The notes under the pieces: model-generated
The model's input: the letters and a program-made list of their open reading frames with translations, nothing else
Told to the model about the DNA's origin: nothing
Database searches by the model: none
Program-made: the position numbers and the translations under genes
Source of the DNA: a bacterium
GTDB lineage: Bacteria > Acidobacteriota > Thermoanaerobaculia > Multivoradales > J023
Length of the DNA stretch: 64,000 bases
Direction of reading: 5' to 3'
Assembly (NCBI GenBank): GCA_024226315.1
Contig: JAAELT010000565.1
Coordinates: 10,305 to 74,304, forward strand
Shown here: piece by piece, positions 55,570-64,000 of the stretch
How positions within the stretch are numbered: the stretch's first letter is position 1
Layout: each line of letters opens with the position of its first letter

Positions 55570-56256
55570 ATGCGGCTCGAGCTTCTTCTGGCCGCCGGGC
55601 AGCGGCGATGGCGGCTCGGCGAGCTTCGGCAGCCGCTGTCGCTCGACGATCTCGTGCCCGGTGACGGCGAGTGGGAGGTGGAGATCGGTTTCGGCAAGGG
55701 CCGTTATCTGCTGAAGCGCGCTCTCGAGGTTCCCGGGCGGCGGTACCTCGGCGTCGAGGTGGTCTCGAAGTACTTCCGTCTGCTGCTGAAGCGGTCCCAG
55801 CGTCAGGGTGCCGCCAATCTGCTGCTGGCGCGTGGCGAGGCCCTCTACCTGCTCTCGGCGGTCCTACCCAGCGCCTTCGCCTCGGTGCTGCACGTCTACT
55901 TCCCCGACCCGTGGCCCAAGGCCCGTCACCACAAACGGCGCCTGTTCGACCCCGAGACGGTCGACCTGGTGCTCGGCACGTTGAGGCCGGGCGGCGAGCT
56001 GTGCTTCGCCACCGACTTCATCGAGTACGGGCAGCGGGTGGCCGAGATCCTGGCGTCTCATCCGGATCTCACCGTCGAGCTCCGAGAGGGCCCCTGGCCC
56101 GACGGAGCACGCACCAACTACGAGGCCAAGTACATGGCCGAGGGGCGTCCGATCCTGCGCTTGCGGGCGCGGCTGGCGGAGGACGCGGAGCCTGGTGCGT
56201 TCCATCCGGAGGGCAGGGCGGGGATCCTGGCGGCAACGGCGCCGCGCCCGGGGTGA
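55570..56256 (+). CDS. trmB: tRNA (guanine-N7)-methyltransferase
   Basis: EIGFGKGRYL, YLGVEV and HVYFPDPWPKARHHKRRL motifs. Confidence 0.85.
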   Translation: MRLELLLAAGQRRWRLGELRQPLSLDDLVPGDGEWEVEIGFGKGRYLLKRALEVPGRRYLGVEVVSKYFRLLLKRSQRQGAANLLLARGEALYLLSAVLPSAFASVLHVYFPDPWPKARHHKRRLFDPETVDLVLGTLRPGGELCFATDFIEYGQRVAEILASHPDLTVELREGPWPDGARTNYEAKYMAEGRPILRLRARLAEDAEPGAFHPEGRAGILAATAPRPG

Positions 56257-56267
56257 TATCTGGCCCT

Positions 56268-56286
56268 CCCCCTTTGAAAAAGGGGG
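56268..56286 (+). terminator. hairpin CCCCCTTT-GAA-AAAGGGGG after trmB
   Basis: 8-bp perfect stem, 12 nt after the trmB stop. Confidence 0.4.
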
Positions 56287-56351
56287 AGATGGAGGGGGAT
56301 TTCTGGACGGCAGGCGGTCAGCCGTTACCGAGGAGAGAATCCCCCCTCGGT

Positions 56352-56372
56352 CCCCCCTTTTCCAAAGGGGGG
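56352..56372 (-). terminator. hairpin CCCCCCTTT-TCC-AAAGGGGGG after the PDZ gene
   Basis: 9-bp perfect stem, 16 nt beyond the PDZ gene stop. A sequence relative of the hairpin at 56268. Confidence 0.4.
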
Positions 56373-56387
56373 AGGTTGGTCTTGCTC

Positions 56388-57263
56388 CTAGATCGGCTCG
56401 ACGGACCCGTCTTCTCGCTCCGCCCGCTCGCGATCCCGCTCGGCGCGCTCCCGGTCCCGCTCGGCGCGTCTCTCTGCCCGCTCGAGGTCACGGCCGTACT
56501 CCCTCTCCAGCCGTTCCTCCAGCCGCTCGAGACGCTCCTGGACTCGCTCCATGCGCTCCTCGATGCGCTCGAGGTCGATCTCGCTCAGGCTCAGGCCCTG
56601 GAGGTGCTCCTGCCAATCCTGTCCCTCGATCGCCTCGCGGGCGGTCTCCAGTGCGCTCTCGATCGATTCGCGGCTGAACTCGATGCCGAAGTCTTCGAGC
56701 TTCGGCAGATCCTCGAGGTGGATCGCCTCCATGTAGTCGCCGATGTCGAAGGCGCAGCGCTCGCGCTCCTCGAGGGTGGCGGTGGTCTGGTTCACCAGGC
56801 CGTCGCGCCAGTACTCGATGTCGATGACCTCACCGCCGTCCCGCTGCCGGACGACGCGACCTAGCTCGGCGGCGGATGCGATGTCCTCGTCGCCGACACG
56901 GGTGATGATGTCACCGACCAGGAGCCCCGCGGCCTGGGCGGCGCTGCCGTCGACCACCCGGGAGAGCAGCACCCCGGCGTCCTCGGGCACGCCGAAGTGG
57001 TGGCGCAGCTCCGGCGTCAGCCCGGAGGTCTCGACCCCCAGAAAGCCGCGGGGCGACATCGACAGCACCTTCACGTTGCCCGCACCCAGCACTTGGATCT
57101 CCGGGCAGTCGCGGAGCTGTCTGACTTCGCGGATCACCCGCAGATCGTCGTCGTCCGGGTCGCCGGCGGCGGCTGGGACGGCGAGCACCGTGCTGATCGA
57201 GACAGTGAGAATCAGCGCGCGCAGCAGGACGGTCTTCCATTTGGTGGTCTTGGCAGGTTTCAT
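56388..57263 (-). CDS. secreted PDZ-domain protein with a C-terminal Glu/Arg-rich coiled coil
   Basis: Signal peptide present. PDZ core is GFLGVETSGLTPELRHHFGVPEDAGVLLSRVVDGSAAQAAGLLVGDIITRVGDEDI. The tail reads ERLERLEERLEREYGRDLERAERRAERDRERAERDRERAERE. Confidence 0.75.
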   Translation of the reverse strand: MKPAKTTKWKTVLLRALILTVSISTVLAVPAAAGDPDDDDLRVIREVRQLRDCPEIQVLGAGNVKVLSMSPRGFLGVETSGLTPELRHHFGVPEDAGVLLSRVVDGSAAQAAGLLVGDIITRVGDEDIASAAELGRVVRQRDGGEVIDIEYWRDGLVNQTTATLEERERCAFDIGDYMEAIHLEDLPKLEDFGIEFSRESIESALETAREAIEGQDWQEHLQGLSLSEIDLERIEERMERVQERLERLEERLEREYGRDLERAERRAERDRERAERDRERAEREDGSVEPI

Positions 57264-57277
57264 GTTCCTCTCCTGAT

Positions 57278-57775
57278 CTAGTAGACGGCTCGCTGAGCCG
57301 TGAGGCGTTGCTTTGGTCGGAAATCGGCGGGTCGCAATTCAGCGGGGCGCAAATCAGCGGGACGTGGCCCGGCTTCCATGCCGGGCCATTCCGCGAGGCC
57401 GTCGGGCCGGCCTTTCAGCCGGGCAAGGTCGAGCACCAGGTCCACCCTCTCGTTGCCTCCGAGGTACACCACCGGCCTCGCTTCGCTGGCCAAACGGCGG
57501 AGCAAGTGGAGCTCCTCCTCGAGCTCCTGCTTCTCGGCCAGGAGGATCTCGAGCTGGGCGACGGCCCGCTTCTGCTCCTGGTGGTGACGCCACTCGCGCC
57601 AGCCCAGGCCCAGCGCCAGCACGACGGCGGCGGTGACCGCCGCCATCGCCCAGGGGCCGGTGAAGGCGCGGCGCGGCGGCTCGTCGATACGCCGCAGCAC
57701 GCCGGTGGTGAAGCCGGGGCCGGCTTCCTCGCGCGGCAGCGACTTGAGCGCGGTTGCGATCCGGTCGTTGTTCAT
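57278..57775 (-). CDS. putative membrane anti-sigma factor
   Basis: ATG at 57775 overlaps the sigma stop (ATGA). It has a single TM helix (WAMAAVTAAVVLALGLGW) and a coiled-coil segment. No zinc-finger motif, so the call rests on position. Confidence 0.5.
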   Translation of the reverse strand: MNNDRIATALKSLPREEAGPGFTTGVLRRIDEPPRRAFTGPWAMAAVTAAVVLALGLGWREWRHHQEQKRAVAQLEILLAEKQELEEELHLLRRLASEARPVVYLGGNERVDLVLDLARLKGRPDGLAEWPGMEAGPRPADLRPAELRPADFRPKQRLTAQRAVY

Positions 57776-58350
57776 GATGCGGGTCGACCTCCGTTCCAAT
57801 AGGGCGTCAGCTTCTGTTTCAGCAGTTGGCGGCCACGGTGCAGGCGCGATTTCACCGTGCCCTCGCTGCAGGCGAGGACGCCGGCGATCTCCTGGTAGGG
57901 GAGCCCTTCGATCTCCCGCAGCACCAGCGGCGCGCGGTAGATCACGTCGAGCGTGGAGAGCGCCCGTGTCACCTGGCGGTGCTCCTCGGTGGCCAGGGCG
58001 TCGGCCTGCGGGCTGGCCGGCGAATGGTGGCCGTTGGAGGCGAAGCCGCTGGTGGCGAGGATCGGCTGCAACAGCCGCCAGCGCCGCTTGCGCCGCTCTT
58101 CGGTGCGCACCAGATTGGTGGCGATGCGGAAGAGATAGGCCGACAGGGTGCCTTCCTCGCGGTAGTGGTGAAGCTGCTTGTAGAAGCGCACGAACGTCTC
58201 TTGGGCGATGTCCTCGGCGCGATCACGGCAGCCGGTGAGGCGGGCCAGGTAGTTGACCATCTGATCCTTGTGGCGGTCGATCAGCTGGGCGAACGCCTGG
58301 GAATCCCGCGCTCGTGAGCGGGTCAGAAGCTCTGTGTCGGTGGCTGCCAT
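57772..58350 (-). CDS. ECF-type RNA polymerase sigma-70 factor
   Basis: Region 2 is AEDIAQETFVRFY and region 4 is REIEGLPYQEIAGVLACSEGTVKSRLHRGRQLL. The start could also be 58371. Confidence 0.85.
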   Translation of the reverse strand: MAATDTELLTRSRARDSQAFAQLIDRHKDQMVNYLARLTGCRDRAEDIAQETFVRFYKQLHHYREEGTLSAYLFRIATNLVRTEERRKRRWRLLQPILATSGFASNGHHSPASPQADALATEEHRQVTRALSTLDVIYRAPLVLREIEGLPYQEIAGVLACSEGTVKSRLHRGRQLLKQKLTPYWNGGRPAS

Positions 58351-58428
58351 CGCGCGTCTTCCGACCGTCATAACGCCGGTCGCCGGGAAAAGTTCCCGGC
58401 GTGGCCTCAGGAAACGCGAGCCATGGTG

Positions 58429-58464
58429 GCGGAGCGTGTTCGAGGTCTCTCGAACACGCTCCGC
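58429..58464. terminator. 16-bp perfect-stem hairpin between the EF-G paralogue and the sigma gene
   Basis: GCGGAGCGTGTTCGAG-GTCT-CTCGAACACGCTCCGC. It is flanked by two further hairpins (58381..58401 and 58489..58505). Confidence 0.4.
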
Positions 58465-58518
58465 AGAGGAGGGGAAGGGGCAAGGAAGCCGAGCCGAAGG
58501 CTCGGGTTTCTTGGGGAG

Positions 58519-60600
58519 CTAATCCTCGTCGGCTTTCTTCGAATCGGCGATGAGCTTGTCCTGGATCTGCTTCGGCACCATCTCGTAGTGCGAGAACTCC
58601 ATGGTGAAGCTCGAGCGGCCCTGGGTCATCGCGCGCAGCGACCGCGCGTAGTCGAGCATCTCGGACATCGGTACTGTGGCCTTGATGATCTGGCGGTCGT
58701 CCTGCGCCTCCATGCCCTGCGGCTTGCCGCGGCGCTGGGAGAGGTCGCCCATGACGTCGCCCATGAAGTCTTCCGAGGTTCGGATGTCGACCGCCATGAT
58801 CGGCTCCAGCAGCACCGGCGCGGCCTTGGCCATGGCGTCTTTCCAGGCCATCGAGCCGGCGACCTTGAAGGCCATCTCCGAGGAGTCGACGTCGTGGTAC
58901 CGGCCGTCGACCAGCCGGACGCGGAAATCGGCCACCGGATAGCCCGCCAGGTAGCCTTTCTGGCGCGCCTCCTGGATGCCTTTCTCCACCGCCGGCCGGA
59001 AGCCCTGGGGGATGGCGCCGCCGAAGATCTCGTCGACGAACTCGAAGTCTTCGTCCGACTTGAGCGGCTCGATCTTGATCGAGCAGTCGGCGAACTGGCC
59101 GCGGCCGCCGGTCTGCTTCTTGTGGCGCCCGTGCCCGTCCGCCGGCCGGCGGATGGTCTCGTGGTACGGCACCTTCGGCGGGTGCAGGATGACGTCGACA
59201 TGGAAGCGTGAATGCAGCTTGGCGACCGCCAGCTCGACGTGCAGCTGACCGGCGCCGGAGAGCAGTACCTCGTGGGTCTGCGGATCGCGCCCGCCCACCA
59301 GGCCGAGATCCTCTTCCATCATGCGATGCAGAGCGTCCGAGATCTTCTCCTCGTCGCCCTTCGACTTGGGCTCGATGGCGAACGAGATCGCCGGCGGCCG
59401 GATCTCGACCCAGGCGAGCCTGATCGGCCGTTCCTTGGCGCACACGGTGTCGCCGGAGAGGGTGTGCTTGAGCTTGGCCACGCCACCGATATCGCCGACC
59501 ACCAGCTTGGAGGTCGGTGTGCCCTGCTTGCCCTGCATGTGCAGCAGCTGGCCGACCTTCTCGTTCTCCTCGGCGCGGGTGTTCCAGACCATCGTGTCGG
59601 ACGACAGCTCGCCGGCGGCCACCCGCAGGACCGAGATCTTGCCGGAGAATGGGTCGTTCAGCGTCTTGAAGCACAGGACGCTGATCGGTTCGCCGTCTGC
59701 GGTCGCGATCTCGATCGGCTCACCGCCCAGATCGGTGGCCGGGAAGGTACCGCGCTCGGTGGGCGAGGGCAGGTAATCGACAATCGTGTCCAGCAGGCGG
59801 CTCGAGCCGATACCGTGGAGGGCGGATCCCAGCGTGACCGGAAAGATCTTGCGCTGAGCCAGAGCCTTGCGCAGGCCCTCCTTGAGCTCCTCGGGCGACA
59901 GGCTGCCTTCCTCGAAGTAGCGTTCCATCAGGTCGTCGTCGGTCTCCGCGACGCCCTCGATCAGCTTGCTGCGCCATTCCTCGATCGCATCGGTGAGATC
60001 GCCGGGCGGATCCGAAGGCTCGGCCTTGCCGTCGCCGTCGGTCTCGTAGCGGTAGGCCTTGCCGTCGACCAGGTCCACCACGCCTTCGAAGTCGTGCTCC
60101 TTACCGAGCGGGAAGTGCAGCGGCACGACCGCCGCGCCGAAGAATTTGTTCAGCGCCTCGAACACGCGGTCGACGTCGGCGTTGTCGCGATCCATTTTGT
60201 TGATGTGGAACGCCACCGGCTGGTCGATCGACTCCGCGAACTTCCACATCCGTTCGGTCGCCACCTCGACGCCGGAAACGGCATTGACCACGATCACCGT
60301 GGCGTCGGTGGCGCGTACGGAGATCCGGCTTTCGACTTCGAACATCCCCGAGCCCGGGGCGTCGACGATATTGACCTTGTGCTTGCGCCAGGGCGCGAAA
60401 CACGGTCCCAGGCTGATCGAATTTCCCCGCTCGATCTCTTGCTCGTCGAAATCCGTGGTGGTATTGCCGTCCTCCACTCGCTGCATGCGGTTGACCGCGC
60501 CGCCGGCGTAGAGCAGGGCGCTGGCCACGGTGGTCTTGCCGGTATCGGCATGGCCCGCGAGGGTAATATTCCGGATCTGGTCGGGGCTGTCGACCTGCAT
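58519..60600 (-). CDS. elongation factor G family GTPase (EF-G paralogue)
   Basis: G1 is AGHADTGKTT, G3 is DAPG and G4 is NKMD. Domain IV/V motifs are present. 693 aa. Confidence 0.9.
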   Translation of the reverse strand: MQVDSPDQIRNITLAGHADTGKTTVASALLYAGGAVNRMQRVEDGNTTTDFDEQEIERGNSISLGPCFAPWRKHKVNIVDAPGSGMFEVESRISVRATDATVIVVNAVSGVEVATERMWKFAESIDQPVAFHINKMDRDNADVDRVFEALNKFFGAAVVPLHFPLGKEHDFEGVVDLVDGKAYRYETDGDGKAEPSDPPGDLTDAIEEWRSKLIEGVAETDDDLMERYFEEGSLSPEELKEGLRKALAQRKIFPVTLGSALHGIGSSRLLDTIVDYLPSPTERGTFPATDLGGEPIEIATADGEPISVLCFKTLNDPFSGKISVLRVAAGELSSDTMVWNTRAEENEKVGQLLHMQGKQGTPTSKLVVGDIGGVAKLKHTLSGDTVCAKERPIRLAWVEIRPPAISFAIEPKSKGDEEKISDALHRMMEEDLGLVGGRDPQTHEVLLSGAGQLHVELAVAKLHSRFHVDVILHPPKVPYHETIRRPADGHGRHKKQTGGRGQFADCSIKIEPLKSDEDFEFVDEIFGGAIPQGFRPAVEKGIQEARQKGYLAGYPVADFRVRLVDGRYHDVDSSEMAFKVAGSMAWKDAMAKAAPVLLEPIMAVDIRTSEDFMGDVMGDLSQRRGKPQGMEAQDDRQIIKATVPMSEMLDYARSLRAMTQGRSSFTMEFSHYEMVPKQIQDKLIADSKKADED

Positions 60601-60818
60601 CTTAACCTCCTTGACTGTGTTGCCCCAGAAGGGCGCTCCAGAACGGCTTGCTGTGAGACCGGTAGGCTCCTGGCTCGATCTGGTCGGAAAGGCCGGACTG
60701 AGAATAGGGCCGGTGAATATACCATTGATCGCGCGCGGGTGGGAGACGACTTCGCGGGCGAAGCTTGGTATCCTCCGGCGTATGTCCCCGGAGACAGTAT
60801 GAGCGGGCAGACGACAGT

Positions 60819-62825
60819 ATGAGCGGACAGACGCCCGAGAAGCTGGGCCGCTACGAGATCCTCGACGAGCTCGGCAAAGGCGCGATGGGAGTCGTCTATC
60901 TGGGGCGCGATCCGCTGATCGGCCGGCAGGTGGCGCTCAAGACCTTCCACCTCGGGTATTCCGCCGGCGATCAGGAGCTCGAGCAGTTCCGGACGCGGTT
61001 TCTGCGTGAGGCTCAGAGCGCCGGCATCCTCAACCATCCCAACATTGTCGCCATCCACGACGTGGCGGTCGATCCGGACGGCGATTTCTTTATCGCCATG
61101 GAGTACGTGCAGGGCACCGACCTGAAGCTGTTGATGCAGCGGCAGGGCCGGTTCGATCCGCGCTTCACCATCGACATCGTGGCGCAGATCGCCGAGGGAA
61201 TCGGCTACGCCCATTCCAAGGGCGTGGTGCACCGCGACATCAAGCCCGCCAACATCATCCTCACCGCCGACAAGCAGGCCAAGATCACCGACTTCGGCAT
61301 CGCCCGGGTGGAGACCTCGAACCTCACCATGGAGGGGCAGTTGCTCGGCACGCCGAACTACATGGCGCCCGAGCAGATCCAGGGCAAGGAAGTCGATCAC
61401 CGCGCCGACATCTTTTCGCTCGGCGTCATGCTCTACGAGCTGGTGACGGGGCAGAAGCCGTTCGCCGCCGACAACCTGACCGCGGTCACCCACCGTATCG
61501 TCTTCGAGCCCTTCATGCCTCCAGACCAGATCGTGCAGGGGCTGCCGCCGGGCATCACCGCGGTTTTGGACCGGGCGCTCGCCAAGGACCCGGCGGCGCG
61601 CTACGATCGCGGCGTCGAGATGGCGAACGATCTGCGGGCCATCCTCGACCCGGCGTCCGCTCCGCCGCCGGCCGCGCGCACCGGCTCGTTCCTCGAGGCC
61701 GGACCCCCGGCCGCGCAACCGATGACGACCGCGGACGGCACCGTGGTGGCGACTCCGCAAGGCACTGTCGCCCCACCGGTCGCCACGCAGCCCGCGGACC
61801 CTCACATGACGCCTCAGCCGTTGGCGCAGCCGCCGGCCGCTCCTCAGCAGGTCCTGCCGCCGGTCGTTTTCCCACAGGAGGCGGCCGGTCCCGACACTCC
61901 CGACGTGCCGCCTGCGCCCGGCAGAGGATTCCTCTCCCGTCCGCCGGTAGTGCGCATGGCGCTGGTGGCGGTGTCGGTGCTGGCCGTCTCGCTGGTGGCC
62001 GCGGGCGCCGCGCGGATGGCGGTCAAGGACGAGGAGGTCCTCCCCCAGGGGCAGGACCCGAAGCTCCAGCGTCAGCTCAGGCTTCTGCCGCACCTGAAGG
62101 AGGGCCGCGCGCTGCTCGACGCGGGCGATCCGTCGGCGGCTCTCGATGCCTTCGAGGCGGCGCTGGCGCTGGCGCCCGAGAACCGGAACCTGCGACGCCT
62201 GCGCGACCAGGCGCAACGAAAAGTCCTCCAGGTCGACGGTATCGACCTGGAGGAGGAGTACGTCACCGAGCGGATCGAGGCGGCGCGCGAGGCGCTCCGC
62301 CAGCGCGACTACCCGGTCACCATCCGCCTTGCGGAGGAGGTGCTGAAAGTCGATCCCGACCATGCCGACGGCAAGGAGCTCCTGGCGTCGGCGCGCGAGG
62401 GCCAGCGGCGCAAGGAGCAGGTGCGCGCGCGTCTGAGCAGCGCCCCGCCTTCTACCACCGCCGCGCCACCGCCGCCGGCGACCAGCACCACGCCCACGGC
62501 CCAGGCGACCCTCGCCGTGGACTTCTTCTCCGAGGTGTCCGAGGGCCGGCTGACCATCTTCAACGGCCAGGAGAAGATCTTCCAGCAGCCGTTCAAGTTC
62601 GTTAGCGGCAAGTCGGGCTTCATGCGGCGCGCCCGCAAGACCTCCGGCAGCCTGAAAGGCAATCTGACCCTGCCGTCCGGCGATCTCGACCTACGGATCT
62701 ACGTGTGGCGCAAGGGCGCGCAGACCAAGACCGCCGAGGTCAAGGGCAACCTGCCGGCGGGCAGCCTGCGCACCCTGGGCATCCGGGTCTCCGCCGAAGG
62801 CCGGGTCAGCGTGCAGCTGGAGTGA
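60819..62825 (+). CDS. Ser/Thr protein kinase with a TM segment, TPR-like region and a C-terminal beta-rich domain
   Basis: [25 protein letters not shown] and APE motifs. The start codon lies in the second copy of a 20-bp tandem duplication. Confidence 0.85.
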   Translation: MSGQTPEKLGRYEILDELGKGAMGVVYLGRDPLIGRQVALKTFHLGYSAGDQELEQFRTRFLREAQSAGILNHPNIVAIHDVAVDPDGDFFIAMEYVQGTDLKLLMQRQGRFDPRFTIDIVAQIAEGIGYAHSKGVVHRDIKPANIILTADKQAKITDFGIARVETSNLTMEGQLLGTPNYMAPEQIQGKEVDHRADIFSLGVMLYELVTGQKPFAADNLTAVTHRIVFEPFMPPDQIVQGLPPGITAVLDRALAKDPAARYDRGVEMANDLRAILDPASAPPPAARTGSFLEAGPPAAQPMTTADGTVVATPQGTVAPPVATQPADPHMTPQPLAQPPAAPQQVLPPVVFPQEAAGPDTPDVPPAPGRGFLSRPPVVRMALVAVSVLAVSLVAAGAARMAVKDEEVLPQGQDPKLQRQLRLLPHLKEGRALLDAGDPSAALDAFEAALALAPENRNLRRLRDQAQRKVLQVDGIDLEEEYVTERIEAAREALRQRDYPVTIRLAEEVLKVDPDHADGKELLASAREGQRRKEQVRARLSSAPPSTTAAPPPPATSTTPTAQATLAVDFFSEVSEGRLTIFNGQEKIFQQPFKFVSGKSGFMRRARKTSGSLKGNLTLPSGDLDLRIYVWRKGAQTKTAEVKGNLPAGSLRTLGIRVSAEGRVSVQLE

Positions 62826-62873
62826 CGCCGGCTCTCCGCGGCCGATCCGGAGCTTCCTGATCGCCCGTGCGGC

Positions 62874-63881
62874 TTGCCCGCGGCCGATCCGAAACTCTTC
62901 GGAACCGCATGGGTGATCCCCACGGCGGTCCTGGAATCTCCAGGACCGGCGCGGGTGGCCCGCACGTCGGATCTGCGATCCGCAGGACGCGTCTGTGGCT
63001 TCGAAGCCGTCGAGGTCCACGCCCTGATCGCCCGCCAGGAGCGGGCCGCCGCGGTCCAGGTGCTCGAGAAGTACCGCGCCGAGGCGCTCGCCTGCTGCCG
63101 TCACTGCGAGACGGAGTGGTATCGCCGTCACGGCGACCTGCTGGTCGAGGACCGGCAACCTCGCGAGGCCGGCAAGGCGCTCAGGCGCTCGGTCGATCGG
63201 CTGGGCGAAGAGGCGACCGGCGACAGGCTGGGGCGCGTCTGTTTCGTCCGCGGCATCCAGCACCACTACCGCGGCGAGCGCGAGAAGGCGATCGACGACG
63301 CGGGCACCGCGCTGATGCAGATCTCCTTCGACTCGCCTCTCGCCTACTTCGTCGACGAACTGTGCCTCATGGCCTGCTTCCTCCAAGGCGGCGCCGAGCG
63401 CCGTCACGTCGGGAAGGCGATGGCCTACGTCCAGCAGTTCCGCCCCCGCCTCAAGGGCCGCCGCGATGTCTCCGCCGTGCTCAGCAACCACCGCTGGCTC
63501 GAGGGCCAGCTGTTCGCCCGCCTCGGCGATTTCCAGTGCGCCATCGACCGCCTCGAGAGCGTCCGCGGCGACTACCTCAGCTTCGGCCCCCCGAAGCGCC
63601 TCGCCGCCGTCACCATCGACCAATGCCTGGTCCTCGCCCGCCGCGTCCACGACGTCAGCCGGCGCCGCATCTGGTCGCTGCTCAACACCTGCGTGCCGCG
63701 GCTCAAAGACGAGCCGGTGCTCAAGAAGAACGTCGAGAACGCCATCCGCACCGTGAGCACCGACAACGAGAAGATCCACGGCGCCCTGCTGGTGCTGCGC
63801 GCGTCGTTCATCGTGCCCATGCCGGGCATCGTCGCGGAGTTGCCGGGGATCGGGAGTCGGCGGTCGGAGAGCAACGGATGA
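62874..63881 (+). CDS. hypothetical protein (helical repeat-like)
   Basis: Its composition, with K/F/Y/C/W present, looks coding. The overlapping minus ORF 62691..63779 has the A/G/D/V/E/L-only composition of an antisense shadow. No family recognised. Confidence 0.45.
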   Translation: MPAADPKLFGTAWVIPTAVLESPGPARVARTSDLRSAGRVCGFEAVEVHALIARQERAAAVQVLEKYRAEALACCRHCETEWYRRHGDLLVEDRQPREAGKALRRSVDRLGEEATGDRLGRVCFVRGIQHHYRGEREKAIDDAGTALMQISFDSPLAYFVDELCLMACFLQGGAERRHVGKAMAYVQQFRPRLKGRRDVSAVLSNHRWLEGQLFARLGDFQCAIDRLESVRGDYLSFGPPKRLAAVTIDQCLVLARRVHDVSRRRIWSLLNTCVPRLKDEPVLKKNVENAIRTVSTDNEKIHGALLVLRASFIVPMPGIVAELPGIGSRRSESNG

Positions 63882-64000
63882 GAAGACACGAGGGCGTGAT
63901 GATCTGCGACGGTCCGACGGGTCGCCATGCGGTCATCGTCGGAACGGGTCTCGATGTCTGGGAGGTCATCGCGACCTGGAAGAGTTGCAGCGAGGACTTC
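63878..64000 (+). CDS. hypothetical protein, 5-prime fragment (runs off the window)
   Basis: The ATG overlaps the upstream stop (ATGA). It reads MRRHEGVMICDGPTGRHAVIVGTGLDVWEVIATWKSCSEDF. Too short to classify. Confidence 0.3.
   Translation, partial: MRRHEGVMICDGPTGRHAVIVGTGLDVWEVIATWKSCSEDF

Noticed and set aside
58223-62363. Long minus ORFs 58223..59674 and 60294..62363, and plus ORF 59212..60822.
   Set aside because: They are alternative frames or strands of the EF-G paralogue and the Ser/Thr kinase genes, both of which have full motif sets.
62691-63779. 362-aa minus ORF as the real gene in the 62.8-63.9 kb region.
   Set aside because: Its composition is almost only A/G/D/V/E/L/R, typical of an antisense frame. 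The plus-strand ORF 62874..63881 has a more protein-like composition. Neither has a recognisable family, so confidence stays low.

Overview
High-GC (about 68-70%) bacterial chromosomal window. It is densely coding, mostly on the minus strand. I saw no rRNA, tRNA or CRISPR. Many long ORFs in the supplied track are antisense or out-of-frame shadows typical of high-GC DNA, and I re-set several starts by reading the sequence.

Gene content, left to right:
1. 1-7.3 kb: a TetR-controlled module. It holds an acyl-CoA dehydrogenase, a glycyl-radical enzyme with its activase, a Zn-alcohol dehydrogenase, TetR and a PaaI thioesterase.
2. 7.3-19.8 kb: one long minus-strand respiratory operon encoding alternative complex III (ActABCDEF plus a small protein), SCO1 and caa3 cytochrome oxidase subunits II, I, III and IV.
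3. 20.0-25.9 kb: an XPB-like helicase and its DUF790/Bax1-like nuclease partner. They are pulled apart by a 3.25 kb island carrying vapBC, a truncated RAYT-type transposase with a 42-bp REP-like array, a CGNR zinc-finger gene and two decayed paralogous cassettes.
4. 25.9-33.2 kb: housekeeping genes (udk, mutM, tmk, holB-like, DsbA-like, nitroreductase and others).
5. 33.2-54.3 kb: the standout locus. An OmpR-family response regulator and a free I9 propeptide gene head an array of seven paralogous S8 subtilases plus one relic. A giant propeller-type hybrid sensor kinase with an Hpt domain closes the array. Every protease ends in a module I cannot assign to a described family. The module has 4-9 tandem hexapeptides of G-Y-L-W-[ST]-[TDG], encoded by 18-bp DNA repeats, followed by an invariant acidic tail L-x-E-P-x-A-I-N-x-W-V-x-Q-E at the C-terminus. 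Six of the eight transcription units inferred in this locus are preceded by 11-bp-phased TTAAG direct repeats, and the other two carry looser 12-bp variants. This looks like the regulon signature of the OmpR-type regulator.
6. 54.5-64 kb: manC-like, trmB, an ECF sigma/anti-sigma/PDZ operon, an EF-G paralogue, a Ser/Thr kinase and hypotheticals.

All family calls come from motifs read by eye. No database search was run.
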